A stretch of 64,000 bases of DNA, taken from assembly GCA_044341565.1 (NCBI GenBank), contig JBIIRM010000001.1, positions 1,159-65,158 of the forward strand, written 5' to 3'. The stretch comes from Minisyncoccia bacterium (GTDB lineage Bacteria; Patescibacteriota; Minisyncoccia; SW-4-49-11). Positions 57,600 to 64,000 of the stretch are shown piece by piece (position 1 is the first letter of the stretch; the number at the start of each line of letters is the position of its first letter). The notes below the pieces were generated by a model, which saw nothing but the letters and a program-made list of their open reading frames with translations, was not told where the DNA came from and made no database searches. The position numbers were made by a program, and so were the translations under genes.

Positions 57600-58280
57600 A
57601 TGTCAAAAATTATATTAATCAGACATGGGGATAGTATATGGGCTCAAGAAAATAGATATATTGGTTGGGCAGATGTTCCATTAGTAAATGCTCGAGAATC
57701 ATTACAACATATGGGTAATGTGTTATTAAATCAAAGATTTCATGTAGATATTATGATTAATTCGGTATTAGAACGCTCTATTGTTAGTGGTTGGACTGTA
57801 CTTAATAATATGTATCACTCTTGGATACCAGAAATACATGACTGGAGACTAAACCCTCGGCATTATGGTAAAATACAGGGTCTTACTCATCAGGAAGCTT
57901 TATTGCTATATCCAGAAATTGAATCCACTATATCTAGTTGGGATAAAAAAACAGAGGCTATTGATATCTCTGATACTCGTCACCCTAGTCATGATAGAAG
58001 ATATGCTCATATTTCTCCTGAACTATTGCCCGCAACAGAAAGTTTAGAGGATGTTGTAAAAAGAGTAAATAGTCTTATAGAGGACACTATAATTCCTTTA
58101 TTAAAGCAGGACAAAAACATTCTTATTATTGCTCATCATGATAGTATAAAAGGATTTCTTCATTATTTTCAAAAAACCTCAATAGAGGATACTCTTCAAA
58201 TAGATTTACCATTAGCTCAAGCAATAATTTTAGATTACAATATCAATACAGGGGAAATATTGGAGTCAAGGCTACAATAA
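57600..58280 (+). CDS. histidine-phosphatase-superfamily paralog of GpmA (dPGM-like)
   Basis: LIRHGDSIWAQENRYIGW, WRLNPRHYGKIQG, IAHHDSIKG. Tandem to gpmA. Confidence 0.7.
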   Translation: MSKIILIRHGDSIWAQENRYIGWADVPLVNARESLQHMGNVLLNQRFHVDIMINSVLERSIVSGWTVLNNMYHSWIPEIHDWRLNPRHYGKIQGLTHQEALLLYPEIESTISSWDKKTEAIDISDTRHPSHDRRYAHISPELLPATESLEDVVKRVNSLIEDTIIPLLKQDKNILIIAHHDSIKGFLHYFQKTSIEDTLQIDLPLAQAIILDYNINTGEILESRLQ

Positions 58281-58335
58281 GAGATGACAAAAAGGCTCAT
58301 ATATGCTAGAATAATACCAATAAATTATTGTTATC

Positions 58336-60837
58336 ATGTATAATCATAGAACTATTGAACAAAAATGGATACAGCGCTGGACTGAGGGCTTTGTAGATTA
58401 TACGGCTAATAATTCTTCAAATAAAGAAAGTAAATATATTTTGGTAGAATTTCCTTTTCCATCGGGGGCTGGGCTTCATGTCGGGCATATTCGTAGCTAT
58501 GTAGCTCAGGATATCAAGGCTCGAATGTATCGAATGCAGCGACAAAATGTACTTTATCCTTTAGGTTGGGATGCTTTTGGGCTTCCAACAGAAAATTATG
58601 CTATTCAAAATAATATATCTCCTATTATTGCAACGGAGAATAATATCAATATCTTCAAAAAACAATTAGCACTATTAGGTTTATCTTTTGATTGGAGTCG
58701 TGAAATTAATACTACAGACCCGCAATATTATCGTTGGACACAATGGATATGGCTACAAATGTATAAATCTGGACTTGCTTATCAGGCCACAACACAAGTA
58801 TGGTATTGTGAAGAATTAAAAACGGTTTTAGCCAATGAAGAAGTTATTGATGGAAAATCAGAACGTGGGGGATATCCCTGTGAGAGAGTATCATTAACAC
58901 AATGGATGCTTGCCATCACCAAATATGCAGATAGATTAGATAAAGATTTAGAAACGGTTGAGTATTTACCCGTTATCAAAACGCAACAGAGAAATTGGAT
59001 TGGGCGTAGTGAAGGAGCAGAACTTACATTTCAAGTTGAGGGACATACTGAGTCAATACAGGTATTTACTACTCGAATAGATACTCTATTTGGTGTCACC
59101 TTTTTGGTATTAGCTCCAGAACACCCACTTATTGATACTATTGTAAAAGAAGAATATAAGGAAGCAATACAATCATATCAGAAGCAAACGAAATCAAAAA
59201 GTGATTTAGATCGACAACAAGAAAAAGAAAAAACTGGGGTATTTACCAGAGCCTATGCCATACATCCATTAACAGGGAAACAAATTCCTATTTGGACAGC
59301 AGATTATGTATTAATGGGCTATGGAACGGGAGCTGTAATGGCGGTACCTGCTCATGATGAGAGAGATAGAGAATTTGCTGAGAAATATAATTTAGCAATT
59401 ATCAATGTTATTACAGAGGATAATACTTTAGAGAACTCTGATTCGTATAACGGATTATCAACATTAGAAGCTAAACAAAAGCTAATACAAGAATTAGAGT
59501 TTAAGAATCTAGGTCATCAGAAAATCCAATATAAACTTCGTGATTGGGTATTCTCACGTCAGCGCTATTGGGGAGAGCCATTTCCTATTGTGTGGATTAG
59601 TGAGCAGTCTTATGGACAAATATCAGGTGAAATTACCGGGTTTCTGCCAGCAAATCCCGTAACTCGACAAAAAAATAATAATACTGAATATGCGGTACCA
59701 ATTCTTCCAGCAGAATTACCACTTGAATTACCAGAAGTAGAATCATATATACCTCAGGGCCAAGGAGAGGGGCCATTAGCATTGGCAAAAGATTGGGTTC
59801 AAATTTGGTATCATATCACCACAGGGAAAACTCTTCCTCGTAGCCAGGCTAAACCCGATGAGAATTGGGTAGAAGGAGTTAGAGAAACAGATACTATGCC
59901 TAATTGGGCAGGGAGCTCTTGGTATTATCTAAGATATGCTGATGCTCATAATACTCGGGAATTAGCAAGTAAAGCTGCTTTAGAGCAATGGTTACCGGTG
60001 GATATATATAATGGGGGTATGGAGCATGTGACCTTACATCTGTTATATTCACGATTTTGGCATAAATTCCTCTATGATATTGGAGTAGTTCCAACAATAG
60101 AACCATATCAAAAGCGCATTATGCATGGCATGATTTTGGCTGAAGGAGGTATTAAGATGTCCAAATCTAAAGGTAACACGATTGATCCCATTGAAATGGT
60201 AGAATCATTTGGAGCAGATTCTTTGAGAATTTATGAGATGTTTATGGGGCCTTATGATGAGGCAATTGCTTGGGATACAAGTGGGCTTATTGGATGTAGT
60301 AGATTTTTGAAGCGGGTATATCAATGGATTACTGATATACAATCTCAAAAATCAGATAAAGCTATAGATACTGCAAAGTTAGATTATGATACCCATTCAT
60401 TAATACGTAAAATTACTGAGGATATAGAGAATCAAAAATATAATACTTGTATTAGTAGTTTAATGGAATATCTTAATACATATATTTCTAAGGATATTGG
60501 CAAGGATTATATTAAGATATATATTACTCTTTTAGCCCCCTTTGCTCCCCATTTAACTGAAGAATTATGGGAAATAGTAGGTGAGACAGAATCTGTACAT
60601 AAAACAATATGGCCACAATTTGATGAATCAAAATTAATTCAGACAGAGGTAGATTATCAAATTCATATTAATGGAAAAATGCGAGATATTATTAGGGTTA
60701 ATGCGGGACTAGATAATGAGGCTATTACACAAAAAGCTTTAGAGTTAGATAAAGTAAATACCATTATCACCGATACAAATAGTATTAAGAAAATTATTGT
60801 CAATCAGGATAAAAGAATAGTAATTATTGTCTATTGA
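58336..60837 (+). CDS. leuS: leucyl-tRNA synthetase
   Basis: HVGHIRSY (HIGH-class motif), KMSKSKGN, CP1 editing-domain region; 833 aa. Confidence 0.95.
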   Translation: MYNHRTIEQKWIQRWTEGFVDYTANNSSNKESKYILVEFPFPSGAGLHVGHIRSYVAQDIKARMYRMQRQNVLYPLGWDAFGLPTENYAIQNNISPIIATENNINIFKKQLALLGLSFDWSREINTTDPQYYRWTQWIWLQMYKSGLAYQATTQVWYCEELKTVLANEEVIDGKSERGGYPCERVSLTQWMLAITKYADRLDKDLETVEYLPVIKTQQRNWIGRSEGAELTFQVEGHTESIQVFTTRIDTLFGVTFLVLAPEHPLIDTIVKEEYKEAIQSYQKQTKSKSDLDRQQEKEKTGVFTRAYAIHPLTGKQIPIWTADYVLMGYGTGAVMAVPAHDERDREFAEKYNLAIINVITEDNTLENSDSYNGLSTLEAKQKLIQELEFKNLGHQKIQYKLRDWVFSRQRYWGEPFPIVWISEQSYGQISGEITGFLPANPVTRQKNNNTEYAVPILPAELPLELPEVESYIPQGQGEGPLALAKDWVQIWYHITTGKTLPRSQAKPDENWVEGVRETDTMPNWAGSSWYYLRYADAHNTRELASKAALEQWLPVDIYNGGMEHVTLHLLYSRFWHKFLYDIGVVPTIEPYQKRIMHGMILAEGGIKMSKSKGNTIDPIEMVESFGADSLRIYEMFMGPYDEAIAWDTSGLIGCSRFLKRVYQWITDIQSQKSDKAIDTAKLDYDTHSLIRKITEDIENQKYNTCISSLMEYLNTYISKDIGKDYIKIYITLLAPFAPHLTEELWEIVGETESVHKTIWPQFDESKLIQTEVDYQIHINGKMRDIIRVNAGLDNEAITQKALELDKVNTIITDTNSIKKIIVNQDKRIVIIVY

Positions 60838-60890
60838 GAAAAGCTATTCTTTGTGATAGTATAGATATATAGTAAACTAATAAACAAATA

Positions 60891-62273
60891 ATGGTCAGTA
60901 TTCAATTTTGTGGTGGAGCCGGTTCAGTTACGGGAGCTAATTATGTTATTGATAATGGAAAAATACGCTTTGTTGTAGACTGTGGATTAGTGCAGGGAAG
61001 CTCTGAGGCTGATGAAATAAACTATAAGCCCTTTGTGTATGATCCAAAGAGTATATCTTTTATGATATCTACACATACCCATATTGATCATATTGGACGA
61101 ATTCCTAAATTTGTGAAAGATGGATTTAGTGGGGAAATCTATTCTACTTATCCTACTCAAGAATTTGCAGAAATATCCCTAAGGGATACGGTGTCTATTA
61201 TGGAGCATGATCATAGTCAATTACCTCTTTTTGCTGAAGAAGATGTAGATAAGGCTATCGCTCAATGGCGGGGTAAGGAATATCATGAAATTTATGAAAT
61301 TGATGAGAATATATCTTTTCGTTTTCAAGATGCGGGACATATTTTAGGTTCAGCTATTAGTGAGATCTGGGTATTAGATCCTGAAATAGGTAAGCGTATC
61401 AAATTAGTATTCTCAGGGGATTTAGGAAATGTTCCATCAGTATTACTTCGCAAATACGATTATATTGAAGAGGCAGATTATGTAATAGTAGAGTCTTGTT
61501 ATGGGGACAGAGTTCATCAAAAATTAGCTGAGAGAAAAGAAATATTAAAACAGGCTATCAAAGATACCATCGACCGAAAGGCTGTATTAGTTATACCAAC
61601 TTTTTCTATTGAGCGTACACAGGATATTTTGTATGAGCTTAATGATATTGTAGAGAATCATTCAGGAGAAGGGCTTCCTCAAGGAAGAGTAGGTCGTATA
61701 GACGTATATTTAGATTCTCCTCTGGCTATTAAAGCGACTAGAATTCATGCTAAATATACTCAATATTATAATCAGGAAGCGAAGCAATTAGCTAAAACTG
61801 ATGAGATTTTTGAGTTTCCTTTTTTAACTATGACGGAACATAGAGAAGATTCTATGAAAATTAATAGTCAACCTCAGCCCAAAATGATTATGGCAGGATC
61901 TGGTATGTCTACAGGGGGAAGAGTTCTTTATCATGAAGAGCGATATTTGTCTGACCCAAATAATATTATTCTATTTGTAGGATATCAGGCTCCTCGTACA
62001 TTAGGAAGGCGTATTTTAGAGGGTGAGAGTCCCGTATACATACATAATCATCCAGTTGACAATAAAATAGAGGTGAGAAGGGTAGAGGGATATTCTGCTC
62101 ATGCGGATAAAGAAATGCTACTTGATTGGCTATCTCATATTAAGCAAACTAAAAATATATTTGTAGTACAGGGGGAGCAGGAAGCTTCTGAATCTTTAGC
62201 TAATGCCATAAAAGATACACTTCATATTACAGCCGAAGTCCCCGAGGAAAACCAAGTAATTATATTAAGCTAA
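60891..62273 (+). CDS. beta-CASP family MBL-fold ribonuclease (RNase J/CPSF-like)
   Basis: HTHIDHIG (HxHxDH), later His/Asp motifs SAHAD. 460 aa. Confidence 0.7.
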   Translation: MVSIQFCGGAGSVTGANYVIDNGKIRFVVDCGLVQGSSEADEINYKPFVYDPKSISFMISTHTHIDHIGRIPKFVKDGFSGEIYSTYPTQEFAEISLRDTVSIMEHDHSQLPLFAEEDVDKAIAQWRGKEYHEIYEIDENISFRFQDAGHILGSAISEIWVLDPEIGKRIKLVFSGDLGNVPSVLLRKYDYIEEADYVIVESCYGDRVHQKLAERKEILKQAIKDTIDRKAVLVIPTFSIERTQDILYELNDIVENHSGEGLPQGRVGRIDVYLDSPLAIKATRIHAKYTQYYNQEAKQLAKTDEIFEFPFLTMTEHREDSMKINSQPQPKMIMAGSGMSTGGRVLYHEERYLSDPNNIILFVGYQAPRTLGRRILEGESPVYIHNHPVDNKIEVRRVEGYSAHADKEMLLDWLSHIKQTKNIFVVQGEQEASESLANAIKDTLHITAEVPEENQVIILS

Positions 62274-62278
62274 AAGAT

Positions 62279-64000
62279 ATGCAAGAATTATTTTATCCTG
62301 AAAGCATAGCAATTATCGGGGCTTCTAGACATAAGGCTAAAATTGGTTCGGTTATTTTTCATAATATTTTAAAAAGTAATTATAAGGGAGACATTTTTTT
62401 AGTAAATCCTTCAGCAAGAAAAATTGAAGGGTATCCAGTATATCAGGATACTAATCAATTACCCCAAGGAATACAAGTCGGAATAGTTATATTACCAGCT
62501 ACTCTTGTACTTGAATCAGTAGAGGAGCTTGGTAAAAAAGGAGTAAAATATATTATTATTATCTCAGCAGGATTTAAAGAATCTGGAGTAGAAGGACGGG
62601 CCCGTGAAAAGCAATTAGCAAAATTAATACAGATATATAATATTCGTATTGTAGGTCCAAATTGTCTTGGAATTATTAATAATGATTCCAATCAATATGC
62701 ATATAATGGATCATTTGGATTATTATCAGTAAAATCAGGTAATATTTCTCTTATTTCACAATCAGGAGCTCTTATATCTGCTTTTATTAATAGAGCAGAT
62801 GCATTAGGAATAGGATTTAATAAAATTGTGAGCCTTGGAAATAAATTAGATATTAATGAAGTTGAGATTATACAATATCTAGAAAAAGATACTAAAACTG
62901 AAGTGATTAGTTTGTATTTAGAAGGTATAGCACATTCCCAAGAATTTATTCAGACAATTAAGAATGCTAAAAAGCCAATTATTATCCTGAAAGCTGGTAA
63001 ATCTACTAAAGCAAAAAAGACTATACAATCACATACTGGGTCTCTGGCTGGAGATGAAATTGTAATAGAAACATTATTACAAGAAGCAGGAGCAATTATT
63101 GTTAATACCTTAGAAGAATTATTTGATACTGTTCAATTATTTTCTCGATTTCAACATGTATCTCGGCATGGACTTGCAATTGTTACCAATGCAGGGGGGC
63201 TTGGCGTCTTATCTATAGATGCAGTGTCAGTACATAATGTGAAATTAACCAAAATTGAACCAAAAGCTGTGAGTCGTTTGCAAAAAATATTACCCTCAGC
63301 TGCCAGTACCGCCAATCCAGTAGATATATTAGGAGATGCTGATGATATTCGCTATCGTGAAACATTACAAGTTTTGGTAAAAGAAAAATCAGTAGGAGCT
63401 ATTATTATCTTAATTACTCCACAGGTAATGACACCTTTATCAGCCATCGGAAGAGTTATTGCTGATATCAGTAAAAAAAATCCTCATAAGCCTATTATTA
63501 CCAGTATTGTTGCAGGTAATCTTACAGAACAGGTAATAAAAGAAATTCCTCATTTACCATATTTTGAAAGTCCAGAAAGAGCTATAGCTGCAGTATCAAA
63601 ATTATATAATTGGAATCATATTGCTCGTAATGCAAAATTATGGGATGCTCCTACGAGCTATGTCAAGAAAGCTGCAATTCAAGATATTAATGACTCTTTG
63701 GCTCAAGATAAAGAAAAAGGACTTATTAGTGCTTCTTGGGATACGGTGAATTTAATTGCAAAAGAATTGTCTTTGGAGTTACCAAAAACATTATCATTAC
63801 ATGATAATAAAGATATTCAAAAAATTGAAAAATATTTACAATATCCTTTAGTATTAAAAGATGTGAATCCTAATATATTACATCGTACTGATGCAGGGCT
63901 TGTAAAGGTGGGGATTAATAGTTTAGATGAAGTAAAAGCATTTTATCATAAACATAAAAAGGGAATTATTATTGCACAAGAGCAAGCTCATAAGGGCATA
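62279..64000 (+). CDS. acetate-CoA ligase (ADP-forming), fused alpha/beta type; 3' end outside window
   Basis: N-terminal CoA-binding domain IAIIGASRHKAKIGSVIF, GPNCLGIIN, HTGSLAG (phosphohistidine loop). Open to the window edge, so not in the ORF table. Confidence 0.8.
   Translation, partial: MQELFYPESIAIIGASRHKAKIGSVIFHNILKSNYKGDIFLVNPSARKIEGYPVYQDTNQLPQGIQVGIVILPATLVLESVEELGKKGVKYIIIISAGFKESGVEGRAREKQLAKLIQIYNIRIVGPNCLGIINNDSNQYAYNGSFGLLSVKSGNISLISQSGALISAFINRADALGIGFNKIVSLGNKLDINEVEIIQYLEKDTKTEVISLYLEGIAHSQEFIQTIKNAKKPIIILKAGKSTKAKKTIQSHTGSLAGDEIVIETLLQEAGAIIVNTLEELFDTVQLFSRFQHVSRHGLAIVTNAGGLGVLSIDAVSVHNVKLTKIEPKAVSRLQKILPSAASTANPVDILGDADDIRYRETLQVLVKEKSVGAIIILITPQVMTPLSAIGRVIADISKKNPHKPIITSIVAGNLTEQVIKEIPHLPYFESPERAIAAVSKLYNWNHIARNAKLWDAPTSYVKKAAIQDINDSLAQDKEKGLISASWDTVNLIAKELSLELPKTLSLHDNKDIQKIEKYLQYPLVLKDVNPNILHRTDAGLVKVGINSLDEVKAFYHKHKKGIIIAQEQAHKGI

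Noticed and set aside
58281-58335. Looked for a T-box or other leader upstream of leuS, and riboswitch-like leaders before the P-type ATPase and pgk
   Set aside because: The intergenic spacers are too short (about 15-90 nt) and lack specifier, T-box or other conserved elements.

Overview
This is a 64 kb window from an AT-rich bacterial genome, roughly 30-35% GC judged by eye. TGA and TAG both act as stops (ATGA overlap at 2088-2091; TAG at 16844), so the standard code 11 applies. The window is densely coding, with about 65 genes. The gene content (many glycosyltransferases, FemAB, VanW and LCP cell-wall genes, a V/A-type ATPase, ADP-forming acetyl-CoA synthetase, minimal aaRS forms) fits a reduced-genome, possibly Patescibacteria/CPR-like bacterium. 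I cannot verify that without searches.

Layout along the window:
- 1-10.8 kb (+ strand): a surface-glycan biosynthesis locus. It holds a frameshifted fcl (GDP-fucose synthase), a GT4, a double-GT2 fusion, a GT2, a methyltransferase, two large GT-C-like polytopic membrane paralogs and a Dpm1-like GT2.
- 10.8-12.9 kb: an islet of elevated GC with four small, independently terminated minus-strand units. One is a striking consensus-promoter to terminator unit whose body is an array of eight perfect hairpins.
- 12.9-16.8 kb: Wzx-like flippase, DUF368, and an ABC-2 exporter.
- 16.9-25.3 kb: Gmk-like kinase, ParA/CooC-like ATPase, a Cys-rich protein, membrane proteins, an orphan sensor histidine kinase and a P-type cation ATPase.
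- 25.3-35.0 kb (minus strand): a DUF1211 channel gene interrupted by an in-frame TAG, followed by a complete V/A-type ATPase operon in the order H-I-K-E-C-F-A-B-D.
- 35-37.6 kb: the CCA-adding enzyme gene with tRNA-Thr(CGU) 18 nt upstream, and a ~55% GC orphan gene with its own terminator.
- 37.7-46.2 kb (minus strand): cysS, VanW-family, FemAB-family, PfkB kinase, tsaE, and a 996-aa protein with two complete GspE/PilB ATPase cores fused in tandem.
- 46.3-64 kb (mostly + strand): pgk, a GT4-LCP-GT2-CtpA envelope block, proS (minimal form), a Nudix hydrolase, polyprenyl synthase plus squalene/phytoene synthase, recA, two tandem gpmA paralogs, leuS, a beta-CASP MBL-fold RNase, and ADP-forming acetyl-CoA synthetase truncated at the window end.
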